Shown: in pieces, positions 1-13,400 of the stretch
Layout of the letters: each line of letters starts with the position of its first letter
Position numbering within the stretch: position 1 is the stretch's first letter
From: Dimorphilus gyrociliatus
Taxonomy: Eukaryota; Animalia; Annelida
Length of the DNA stretch: 64,000 bases
NCBI GenBank assembly: GCA_904063045.1
Contig: CAJFCJ010000007.1
Coordinates: 926,819 to 990,818 of the forward strand
Direction: 5' to 3'
Notes under the pieces: generated by a model
What the model was told of the DNA's origin: nothing
Seen by the model: the letters and a program-made list of their open reading frames with translations, nothing else
The model's database searches: none
Made by a program: the position numbers and the translations under genes

Positions 1-1452
1 CAATTTTTATTACTTGCATGATTTTTTATGATGAATTGCAAATATTTTTACAGATGCAATGTAAATACATATTTTCTTGTTTGTTTTTTTTATTGAATAC
101 ATTACTTGCCAAGCAAATTGGAAACCACTTTGTATTGTTGTATATGCATAGTGTAGGATATTAATAAATTATCTACACTGAAAGTTAATCTGACAGCGTA
201 ACAGACAATAAAAAATTACCTATTGTTTACTCTTTTTACGAGTTAACATTAACAATAGCACTGACAAACACCAGACAGAAATTAGCTCTAGAATTACCCG
301 TGCAAGAGCTTTAGGCCTATATCTAACCTATCTTTGAACCCCAATGCCCCCCTGTCTTTCCCTTACCAACTAATTCCCTATCTCTATTACTATCCAGTAT
401 TTTTTTCCCCCTCCATCATTTCTATTGATTGATTACTATTTATGGAGATTCATATTTAAGCAGTTTCATTAAGTAGAAGATAAACATACAAAAAGGATAT
501 TTTAATGATCTATCAAACTTATTAAATTTAAGTATTTATAATAAAAGCAACATTAATATAAATAAATGTTATTGAAATGAGAGTAGAGAGAATAGAAGAA
601 AGTCTTCTTTCAAAAGCTATGTTAAACTAAAAACCTAGTAATAATAAAACTAGTAGTCATTCATTATTCTCCTTCCGTAATTTTTCAAATATTGTAGACG
701 AAATAGTGATTTCGTAGATATGTTATTTGTTGTGCAAATAGGCTTGAAGATTAGTTATTTAATAAGATATTTCAAGTGCCAACGCAGAAGATTTTGTTGT
801 TAAGTGGACAAAAATAGAAAGAAGTAGATAGAATGATTACAAATATAAAGCAATATGCATAACTACAAGTTTTAAGTATCTATATTTAGGATGCTTTAAG
901 GCTGTTGTCTTTGTTCTATAAATGAGGCGTAACATTTGACTAATATGTTCATACAATATCTTTATTAAAGTAAGATTATTAGTTTGAAGAATTAATGAAT
1001 ATATATATATATTATATATAAAAAAGACGTATACATAAGTAAGTATATACGAATTATTATCATTGTTACACATATATATATATATATAAAATAATTAGGT
1101 CATGCTTACTGAGAATAGGAAAGTTTTTTTGACCAGAAACAAGACAAAAAACTGAACAACAATTTTTTCACGGCAAAAATTGTATAAAAAATACTGTACA
1201 AGTAAAGTGTAAAACAGGTAATGTTTTTCGCTACTTTCCAGAACAGCAATTTCCTTAAAATTAAAAGAAATAAAGTAGTCAAAGTATTAAAAAAGAGCCA
1301 TTACAATGATGAATATGAATATATATATATATATATATATATACAGCTGTATATATATATATAAATTTATATATAGCTATCACTTAGCACCGAAAACACA
1401 AATTTTGGTCTATCTGTTGGAGAGCTTTAAAAAAAAAATAGAGTTAATTTTG

Positions 1453-4400
1453 TCAACGATCCATTTGACGAGCTGAGTACATATCGGCCAACCGCTGGAA
1501 TCTAGGTCCCCATTCTCCCAAATAATCGTAGCAATGTTCGGTTTCGTCTGAAGCAGCTGTTGAGGCTAAGGACGAAAGTGAATCACAAACTGATCCCTCA
1601 CCCTCGTAAGCATACGGCCTAAGGCTGTCGTGTGGGGGAGCTGAGACGTCCTGATCCGCCTCTGCTACTCGAGCACATATAAAATCAGCTACGTCCGCTC
1701 CCGGTGGTGGAACACGTGGCTGTCTTCTCCTTGGAGGATATTCCTCATTCGGTACATCTATACTCTTTGGTTTTTGCATTTTCTTCAAGGGTATACTCTC
1801 TAATGACGGTTTATAAGCGTTTTGATCTTCATCCCCAACACCATCTTCTTCATATCGAATTATATTCTCTCTAACATCGTCGTCTGGATCAACTCCGTGC
1901 ATATATGTTTTACCATTGACATGGTTAGCTTTGTAATTGCGGTGTTTGTACCTAGAATAGACTATAAGGATGAGTATAATCACTAATACGGCTATTGCGA
2001 GAATGCAAAATATAATGCCAAATATTGCACCCGTCGTCATTAAAGAGCTATCCATAAGCTCTTGCCTATTACATTCTTCGCCGGTCCATCCTGGATCGCA
2101 ATCACATTTATAAGACCCTATGGTATTTCGACAAGTACCGTGGAGACCACAAGGTCGGAAGAGTGTTTCGCATTCGTTAATATCCGTACAAGTCGTTACT
2201 GATTCTTGCTTATAGGATTCGTATCCATCTGAACATAAGCACTTTCCAGCCCTCCACAAATCTTTACAATGTAAAGGATCTAAGCACATTAACTTTTTAC
2301 ATCCGTCACTTCTGCAATGATCTTTAATCTCATTTTCCGAAGCAATATATGCGGCGAGGTCACTCATGCTCTCTGAAGTGGTCATCTGGAGAGGTTCTCC
2401 ATCGTATCGAACGTCGTCAATGCAAGAATTTTGCAAATCATATTCAACGATTATTTCAAATTCTCTAGGAAATTTTACCAAACCACCAGCGAAAAAACTC
2501 CCCTGACTCAATAGGATATGAATACGGCCTGAAAAATGACGGTGGACCACGTGAATGTCATCTAAACTGAGCCAGACGTCCCCGGAGTACCGTTCCACTT
2601 TGGCTACATGCCAGACGCCATCTGCGACATCAACATCGTCAATCCTAACATTTTTCTCACCAGATCCAGCATTAAATTTAAATCTCAATCTCCCTCTATC
2701 AATTTCTAAGATTACGTATTGAGACTTGTGGATATTTGATGCCATCCATAAAACTCCTCTTGTGCTTCTTGTGCGGAACCTCAATTGCAGTAATGTGCGT
2801 TCAGTGAAGCGTCGAACAATTGACTCGTAGAATGAATCGGTGAATCGCCATTCGATAAAGCTCTTTTCTCCAAAATCTCTGACCATAGTAGGAGTTTGAC
2901 ACTGATTACCACGCCACCCAGGTTCACATTGGCACTTGAAGCTGCTCTTTATAAAAGATCCAACACATTTTCCATTTTTACCGCAGTAGCCTAGCTCATT
3001 CTCTGCTGTCCTACCGCAAACGGAATCCTCGCGATAGCAACCATCTTCGGCGTTTTCCTGTTTTCCAGTATCTCCAATATAAAGGTCATATAGTTTTCCG
3101 TTGTGCTGAAGCTCCTTGATGCATCCTTTAAATCCGTACTTATAAACCTGGTGCGGATATGAAGGTGTCCTGTGATCTGTAGCTCTTCCTCCTAATTGCA
3201 ACGGTGTATTAACATTTAGCAGTTTCATTGTACCGGGTAGTCGGGCGGATTGTTCGCAAATAGAGTTAACAACTTCGTTATCAAAATCATTTTTTTCACC
3301 AGTTAGCGCACGACAGGAATCAATAATGACCCGGACGAACGGATGCTCTATAAACGTATCTAATCGATGCCAATTTCCGTCATTCAACGTTTTACCATTG
3401 GTGAAATGGATTTTTGCTTCGCCCTGACCAAGGTTAACACGGACTTTTGGAAGCCCATCTACAAGTTCAATAATTACATAATCATTCGGTTCAGCATTTG
3501 ACTGGGTAGGCCCATTGTAAAGCAAGAGACCATCAGGTGAGGTAGTTATAAATTTGAAATTAATGTGAGATTTATCGCATTGTAGAAGAGGGCTGTACCA
3601 TGCGAAAGAAGATTGACCAGAGAAAGAATGAGCAGTCTGTTCACATCTTGGCCCATCAAATCCTTTGGGACACCGACACCTAAATCCTTTAACCTTTTTA
3701 TCGTATGGTTGAACGGGTACACACACTCCTCCATGTAAACAAGTATCGTATTCGCATCCTGTTTTTTCAAAAGATTTCTTGCATGCACAAATTGCTTTTG
3801 TGATGGCGTTTACCCCAATCATAGACGTCGTATTTGTATTGACCAAAAGAGGCCGTTCCTTATCGATTATTATCTTGTTAAAGCAAGCTTCTCCGCCGCA
3901 AACGTTTTCAGAAGAACATTCATCGACCGGAGATTGCAGAATTTTTACATTTAAAGACTTTTCTAAGTGCTCCCGATGTTTGTTGACCAATCCGTTTAAT
4001 TTCACAGGGGAGTACCATGGACTTCCGTGAGCCGCCCAGAAAACGTCAGTAGTACGAAAAAGTTTGTTGTGATTTTTAACACTGAATATTAGAACATTAT
4101 CGAGGGCTGTATTCACGACTGTGGCCAAGCGATGTCTCAGTTTATCATAAAGACTATATTGTCGACTAGAATCGTCCACTTTGTCAATCAATTCTTCGGC
4201 TGTTATTCCAGAGAGACGGATAGAGCCTGCAGAATCGACCGCCTCAATGGGAATATCGAGGATACGCACATGAGCCGTTGAAGTAACGCTTAAGTCCTTT
4301 CTGCGATCTAAAACTTTAACCTTTAACTTATAAAGGCCCTTTCCTAATGACTTTTTTAAGTTCAATTGACCCGTCCTTTTGTTCAGGCTAAATATCAAGA

Positions 4401-7400
4401 TATAAATATTAATTTTTTGAAGAACAATCAATAATCATTCAAAACTCACTCAAACCATCGTGACAAAGACCGGTCAATCAATTCAAATTCTTTATCATCT
4501 CTATCCCAATCATCCTCGTCTCTGGCATAGACGTGTCCTAGAGGCGTGTCTATATAGGCATCTATTAACAATTTAACAAAAATTAGTAGAATTTCTTTTA
4601 TAGATTATTCTTATAAAAAAAAAGTGCTAATGATTGATAGTGAGATTTCCCCGCATTAAGTTGATTATTAATATTTCATGCTGAGATATAACCCCATAAA
4701 TAAGTCTGACGAGATTTAAAGTAAATTCGGTATTCGGTTTCTCTATAAATAATCTTTGATGACAAAATCCTTTAGTAATAGGGGAGAAATTCCTTACAAA
4801 ACGTTTTCTGTAACTAATTTAACGAACAATTATTACCTCAAAGGAAAAACGTATTCCTTAAAAATCGGAAATTGTTTATCACTAATGATAGAACTTTTCA
4901 GAACATGTACTAAATCAAGTACTCTAAAGAAGTACAAAATTAAAAAAAGAGAATAAAGCTTATTTGTGCTATTTATGAAATATAGACTAAAATTTTCTTG
5001 TAATATTTAAACAAATGCGGAAAGTTGTGTTTTTGCGGAGTCAAGTAAATAGCCAAAGTGTCGAAATTTTACGTCAACAAAATCCAATAACTGGTAAACA
5101 AGTTTTTTTAGACTAAAAGGAAAAAAAGTACTTAGACAAAGTAAAAACACACTTTAAATGAAAAAATAGTGAGAAAAGGAGAAAGAATAATGCTATAAAA
5201 CGTTTATAAATAAAGTGAACTATAGCTTTAAAAGTGTCTTTCACCGCATTCTACCCAAATATGCAAGATTCAGTGATGGGAGCTCATGAATATTTATACA
5301 TAACCAACTTCTATTGAAGCTATACAGTTAAAAACGTAGATGAATGTTTTCTTTTTCGCTTCGTGAATCGTTTCGAAGAGCGAGATAAAGAAAACAATTC
5401 ATTCGCGTTTCAATACGACATTTACCACTTTAATGCATTTATATACAGAGATAGAGCCTTACCCTTTTTCCAGCCTATTGTATTATCGAGAATAATAAGA
5501 AGATATGATAATATTTACTTAAAATTAAAATATTCTTGAAATACGAACCTCCATAGCTATACATAGTAATGTCCTTATGTCCTGGATAGTGATCATTATC
5601 GTTTACATCTCCAATCGTTACGGTTAAAGTGTTTGTTCCAGTTTGGGGAGATTTGCCGTTGTCTACCATAACGATAGGAACCAGATAATATTTTTGGCGT
5701 TCACGATCGAACTGTTTCTTCGTGCTCAGAATTCCCATTCCAGATCGGCCAGAGCATTTATCTAGAACGGTAAAGGCGTTAGTGACATAAAATATTCAGG
5801 ACCTGCCTCTGAGACTACGAAATAAACGACTCACTGGGATGAAATTCAAGAGCAAAATCATCAGCCGTAGGATTCTGAGCCGATGGTGGTAAATAAAATT
5901 TAAAAGGAGGTCCATTTTCGGATGAGTCCTTGTCAATTGCACTAAACCGAACAAAAAAGAATCAATATAATGCGTGAGGTAATTTAAAAAAGGAATTTTA
6001 AGATGCTTTATTTTTCTGTGAGAGTGCCGCCCCATTGGTTTTCACGGGTATCAATTAAGCTCTAATCTCTCAAAGGAGTTTACTGTAAAATTGATTAATT
6101 CTGCGTTCCAGAATCTTAAAATTCAAACAAATTTCGCCAATCTTTTAAGAATGAATAATATTTTGTTTTTTTTGTTTTGTTTTAATTATGTCTAAAAATT
6201 ATACACTGACAAAAATTCAGTGTATTTGTATTCTCTCTGCCTACAGTTCAAATGAGCTTCGAGAATGGATGCATTAATTGCTATTATTTCCTATAATTAC
6301 ACTGGAATCAGGTTAATGTAAATCGAATGCTTACCAGAATCTCAATACTTCTATTCCTATACCCTGGTTTTCCATAACGACCGGCTGGTAATCCTTCGCA
6401 AATTGTGGTGGATTATCATTGACGTCTTCTAAAATTATATTTAATTGAGAGGTTCCCGTCCTGCGGGGCGTACCTCTATCAACCGCAAGGATGTTAATAA
6501 AGTAATGCGTGTGAAACTCTCTATCCAAATTTTTAGCTATTCGAACTTTTCCGTCTTGACTTATATTGAAAAAACCTTTTGGATCTCCGTTTGCCTCATA
6601 AGATCTTCCTCTTTCAACCCTATATTCAATTTCTTTATTCCGACCGCTATCCCTGTCTTCGGCCTCAAAAGTAGCGATGATTGAGCCAACTGATTTATCC
6701 TCTTTAAATTCTCGTTTTATTATTCGAGGAGGTAAAAATACGGGCGTTTCATCATTGGCGTCCTCTACTTTAATAGTAATGAATGCTTTGTCAGAATGAG
6801 ATGGATCGTTATCAGTGACTTCAACAGTTAAATTAAAGTGAGAAGAGTACTTTTGTGACAATTCTTCATAATCGACTTTACGATGAACTTTCAAGACTCC
6901 CGTATTTGTAGCTCGAATTGTGTCAATTTTAAAGTAAGTTCTATCTTTTTGAATTAATTCGTAATGGAGTTCAGCGTTAGCTCCTATGTCGTCATCTATG
7001 GCTGAAACTGATATAATACTCGTTCCTATATCATAGTCTTCGCTCATTGTTGCATAGTATTGGCGTTTAACAAACTTTGGAGCCTTATCGTTAATGTCTT
7101 TGACATTAATACGAAGCAACATTGATGACTTTTGCTTGGGTCGTCCATTATCACTAGCTTCAACAGTTATTTCATAATAATCTTTTTTCTCTCTATCGAT
7201 TGTATCACCGACGTTTGTGCGTACGTCTCCCGTGGTTGGGTCGATACTAAACATTTGTCTAGGGCCTCTCATTATATTTTTCCTGATCATGTAGTCAATT
7301 TTGGCATTCATTCCACGGTCTGCATCAGTCGCTCTAATAGTTGTAACAATTTCATTTCGCTTTCCATTTTCTCGAACCCAGGCTTCCGGGTATTCCTGGA

Positions 7401-10400
7401 ATACTGGCGGATTATCGTTCACGTCCAAGGGCCAAACTTGAACCTCAGCGTAACCTGTCAAAGAAGTTGGAGAGCCAGACTCATCGTGAGCTAAAACGTT
7501 GAAACTCCACATTTCTCTTCCTGGTGGTTCTCTATCCAAAGGTTTTGTCAAATACAAATAGCCATTTTTTCGGTCAATTGAGAAATACCCCTCATTAAAA
7601 AATTGACCTGTAATGCCGTACGTAATTTGCCCATAATGTCGACCTCTGTCTGGGTCTGTGGCACGAACCCTACCAATTCGAAGAGGTCTCGATTTTGATG
7701 CTTTAGCATTTTCATAAACATGAGTTATGTTATATAGTAATCTGTCAAATACTGGTGGATTATCGTTTACATCTTCTACTTTAATCTCAATGTGGGTGTT
7801 GCTCATATGTTTGCCGTCAAAAACTCTATATTCTAGTTGATAGAACTCTTTCTTTTCGTAATCTAATGAATTTCTTACTCTGATTTCGCCCGTATGAGAT
7901 ACAACCTCAAAGACATTATTGTCGTTTCCACTCACTATAGAATATGATAGTTCTGGATCAACGTCTCTGTCGTCCGCCGTTACCCTCATAATAGTATGAT
8001 TTGGCTCGACATTCTCTTTAACAACAGCCCTTTCCATTCTCTTTCTAAAGAAAGGAATTTCATCATTCTGATCCGTGATGTGAATAACGACTTCGGCGTC
8101 CACCCTATTTGGAGAATTCATTACTTTAGGCCTATCTGACATTGCTCCATCAAGGGCGGTCACTGTTATATAATACAAATGTTTCGTTTCTCTATCGAAA
8201 GTGTCTTTTGTTGTTATTAATCCAGTTTTTGTATCTATGTCAAATAAATGTACATCTTGGTGTAAGTTATAGATAGGCTTCTTTAATGCGTAAGTGATCT
8301 CTTTGAATGCTGGAGTTGAATCACGATCGGTTGCAGTTACACTGATAACGGGAGTGCCTGGTTTCGAATTTTCGGCTACAGATCCTTGATACCGTCCATT
8401 TTCATCTAAGCCTATGAATTGAGGGATTTCATCGTTCTTATCACGAACATGTATCTCTATTCTGGTAACATTACGCAACGCATGAGTTGCTTTGTTTACA
8501 GCTCGAACTGTGAGTGTATACTTCGGTACTGTTTCATAATCTAATGCTTTATACGTTAAGATCTCTATAGCATTTTGCGTATCATCTGGTCGAGAGAAAA
8601 AACTTCGAGGGTTATTTGTTTCTGGAGAAACTCCTTCCTCCAAGGTGTAACTGACCAGAGTATTTTGGCTTCCGGAAGTTGCCTTTAACGTGCATACTAG
8701 ATGATTTTGTTCGACGTTTTCATCAACGTAAAATTTACCGCTGATGGAATCCTCATTCCATTGCGGATATGTATTCTCACCAGACCGAATGATTTGGATT
8801 GATACTCTAGCAGTGGAACTTCTCTGTTCTTTGCCTTTATCTTCAGCAACAACTGTAATATTTTCGTATTGCCCTGGTATTCCTATAATTGGTTCTTTCA
8901 AGGTTATCCATCCCGTTTGAATGTTGACACGGAAGTATCTAGAGTGCGACTTCAATAAATATCGCACTCGGCCGTTTTCATTAGCATCCTTGTCAGTTGC
9001 ATGCACTTGTATGATCTTTGATCCAACTCGCCTACTCTGATCAATCGTTGCTTCATACCTTGGCATATCGAAAACGGGCTCATGGTCATTAATATCATCA
9101 ATTCTTACGCGGAATGTACAAAATCCAGCTAAACTTGGTTTACCCTTATCGACAGCCTTAACGGTAACACCTAAATCATATACTCCAGTCTGTTGTTCTC
9201 TATCAAAAATCTCCTCTGTTTTTAACGTACCAGTTATCGAATCTATAGAAAATTGAGCATTTTTTGTACTTTTTACAATGGAATATGTCACTTCGCCATT
9301 TTCTTCCCAGTCCTTATCCGTAGCCTTTACTTGAAATACAGTTGTTCCAACTTTACTATGTTCTTTCACAGAAGGCCTATATTGAGAGCACTGTTCAAAT
9401 TTTGGAGCATTATTATTAACATCCTTAAACTTGATTTTGACTATTCCATAAGATGTCAATCGGCGTCCACCTTTACAGCATGATCCATCATCTGTCGCCG
9501 ATACATTTAGCGTATATTCGTTTCGGCTTCGTTCAGCTAAAGGCTTCTCCAGAGTAATTTTGCCACTATTTTTATCAAGTTTAAACAAGCCATCGTAAGA
9601 ATATAGAGAAGTTTGTCCGGCGAATCCAAATGTTATGTTATCACCATCTGGATCGTAAGCTTGAATGACGTGTATATCAGTGTAGGGTGGGGTATCTTCA
9701 TTCACTTGAACTGTTTCGACCCTCTGCGAAAATTTATTGCATCGATTACTAAAGTGAATAATAGATGACGACCACCGCCTATGAAGGAGGTTACATAATT
9801 ATTATTCGTTGCACGAATCGACAAAATTTTCTCCAAACAAAACTAATCAGAGCATAAATTTCGCCTATCGATTTCCATCGCGTCGTCGAGATGTTTATTT
9901 TCGTGAAAAATTGGAACGGCCTCCGAGATAAACTAGTATTTATGGGCTACAGGCTGTTTGCACACTACACTATCTTTTAGTTTGTTGATTTGGCGAAGGC
10001 TAGTGGAAAAATAATTCTCTTCAAATGTTCACCAATCAACCTTTTAATGCATTTAGCTTTTTACGCTCAGTAAAAAAACCTTTATCAGTGTTCAGCTGAG
10101 CGAAATGTCACAAAACAAAAATAATGTTAAAACAGGTAATGCGATCGGAGTTTGCAAAAGAAAATTCTAGCACTTTGTGTAATCTTTCATCAGAGTTGCT
10201 ACAACAATATTTACCAGTACATTAGACATCAGTTGCCTAGCTTTTAATATTTCTCAGATGAATCTGTATGTTTTCCAGTTTGTAGTACCGACACTCGTGT
10301 CTATCTGCTTTTATAAGATCTACCTTTCTTAAATCAGCATTAATCACAATTTATAGTACAGGTGCATATTATAATCTGCTTTTATTTTTATAACTACTTT

Positions 10401-13400
10401 TTAATTGAATTTAACGATATAATTAACGTTTTTGCTTTTCAATTGAGCATGTCCTTCACTAATCGGTTAGTGTAATTGACATAAAGCTTTGGAAGGCTAG
10501 TGTAAACCCAGCGTGACTAGCTCAAAGCTAAAATTAATCTTACTTTGTTTATAAAGAGGCCGTTACCTAGGTGGCGTTACTGAAAGCAGTGGTCTTAAGT
10601 ATATTATCTATGATATTTAATACCCTTTATCTTAGAGAAAAGCACCACCCTCAGATGATATACCATGCATTAATCAAAAGTCCCATAAGCAAAACCAATA
10701 GTTAAGATATTAATGCTCTTAATTAGAAAAAGACATTTAGTTTCATTTAAATACTTCAATAAAATTGTCAATATTAATAGAAATTGGAATCAGAAATCCG
10801 TTAAATTGAGCGAGCTGTAAAATAAAGCCACAACATGAAAAATTAAACAAAGCAAGCACAAATTTACCTCGTTCATGAACTGAAAAAGATACGTCAAACT
10901 ATATCATAAAGGTTTTTGATAAAGTAATATAACGAAGGCGAGACAATCGCTGACTGTGACATTTACAATATTTATTATGTTAAAAGTCGTGCGAAAAAAA
11001 ACTGACAGAAATTGAATATAATTTCTATACATCTAAGACATTTTGCCTATTTCCTATTATTAATATAAGAGTTGTACCTGGAAAACTGGAGCTTCGTCGT
11101 TTATATTAATAACCTTAATTCGAACCATTGCCTCTCCCGACAATCGGGGATTTCCGTGATCCCTTGCTGTAATAGTAAAATTATAGACGTGGTTTGGCAG
11201 CCGGTCATAATCTAGTCGCCTGAATGGGAAAAAAAATGATATTTATTTATTAATATATACAGTCTTATATTAATGGTTGCGTATGGGGTATATTGTATAT
11301 AAGGACAATTTTCGGCTTTATCTGCTTGAGGATATTGGTTTCAAGATGCGTTTGAGCGGATAAAGTTTCGAATTAAAGCAAATGCTTAAAGGCATCTGAA
11401 TAGTTTTGACACCTTTCTCCTTGAAAGTGCACGCAAATATTTTGCTGCCTAATCCTTACGTTTGCAATTCGAGAAAGTGAATATTTATCTTTCGAGTAAA
11501 CAACAAAGACTTTATTCCCTTAAACCGCTTGATATTTAGGTAATATGCACAGAGTTATACGCTTGAAGACGAATTGTCTTTTATTTGTATGCCTTGGATA
11601 GTTTTAACTTACTATCTGCCAGTATTTACTTATGTACGCTATACTCTATTTATGAATCATAGAATGAAGTCTTTTAAGGCTCAGTCTGCGATAAAAAGAA
11701 TGTAACAACTTGTTGATAAACGTAATTTTAATGAACATTTTACGGTCAATAAATTCTTATTAATATTTAATGGTCGATTTGCTATTTTATACAATGTAAT
11801 GAATACTTACTCTTTTGTAACAATTCTGCCCATATTGTTCCTAGAGATCACACTGAAATTTGGGTCACTTACAGAATATTCTAATTGAGCATTCGTTTTC
11901 GAGTCGGCATCGTAGGCGGACACTGGAGAAAAAACAGCTTTGTACAAGAAAACATCAAAAGAATAGCGTAATTGCAGGGCAAAGAGACCCCAAGAGGGTC
12001 GTTATGCGTGCTTTTTCATCTGTGAAACACTTCGATACAGCGTTATAGTCAATCAGAGTTGGCCTTTTTTTGTGTTAACAAAAGTCAAAGAAGAATGGGG
12101 GATGAACTTACCCACAAGTATATTTTTCTTTAACTCAGCGTTTTCGAATACTGGTGGTGGCGTATATTGAGAAAGTGGAAAAATAGGCGAATTATCATTG
12201 ACGTCGATAAGTGAGACGATAAGAGATACTTGGCTAGTTCGAGGCGGACTAGAAGATTCCGTCGCCATTACTTTCATTACATACTTATGAGGATCCTTCT
12301 CGAAATCTAATGACTGCATTAACTTAACTGTACCAGTTGTTCGGTCTATAGAAAATTCTGTTGGATGTCTATTTTTTTCTGAGAATAGTTCGTAGGAAAT
12401 GCGCTCATTCTGGTGAGAAAAAGCCCTAACAACAATCACGACGTTTTGTTTGGGATCATTATGGTCAGTATTTTCTTTTATGCTGGCTTCGTACGAAGGT
12501 TCATAGAACTGAGGATCTAACGTTCCAACGTATATCGATAAGGCTTCAATATTAGATTTTTGCGTTTGATTTAACGGAGCAGATATATCCTGAGCTGAAA
12601 CGCCGATTTGATACATTTCAGCAGAAAAAACTCCGTCTCCGATGGTTGTGACAACTCCAGTAACTGGATCCAAAACGAATCGATCGTCACCACCTGTGTT
12701 GAAGAGGTGTATGAATAATAGTAAAATGACACTACACTATAGATGAAACGACGCCGCTTAATAACAGCGTAAACCCTCAAAATAGCTATCGAGCATTCAA
12801 ATTGCCGCCATAAAAGTCGGGGAGCAAACAATTGTCCATAAGAATGGGCTCTACAATTAAATATTTCAAGTTCAGGGCTGTCCTCTCCTATTACAGGGTA
12901 TTATTAACATTGTATCCTTTCTAAACTGTTCTTTTCCCCAGCTAAAATTAAATATTAACATGTCGAGCTTATTATTAATTGTCCATACTACTGCCCACTA
13001 CTCAAGAATTCAATGATGCAGAAATTTAACGATCAATACTGCCCAAGTTTAATGAAATCGTTCTATGGCGTGTATACTGCAATAGAAAATCTGTAAAAAG
13101 GGTCGAAGTCTTGTATGCTACTTTTAAACGATTAAGTGCACTCCTACACTAGCGCCATAGAGTTAATACACTTTTTCGCATCAATCAGCACGATTTCTAG
13201 TGGAAATTCATACTTAACGAATAAGCAAAACTATCATGGCTAATTATAAGTAAGTCTTTGCTAATTGTCGCGTGGTAAAAACTTTGCATGTCTGATAAAT
13301 ATTGGAGAATAAATTAGTGATAAATCGATTACAAGAAATAATTCTCTTTTTGACATAAGGTAATTCCCACGAAATTAACAAGATGCCGTCGTAATTCAGA

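Noticed and set aside
1000-1400. (TA)n runs here and at many other places (e.g. 25600, 36810, 53690)
   Set aside because: Ordinary microsatellites in AT-rich UTRs and introns.
5796-6035. ORF 5796..6035 as a cadherin exon
   Set aside because: Wrong frame; the real exon is 5941-5835 (CAIDKDSSENGPPF).
3546-9483. Short ORFs 3546..3788, 3779..4030, 6445..6684, 7132..7494 and 9253..9483
   Set aside because: They are antisense or off-frame shadows of the large cadherin exons, with no domain features.
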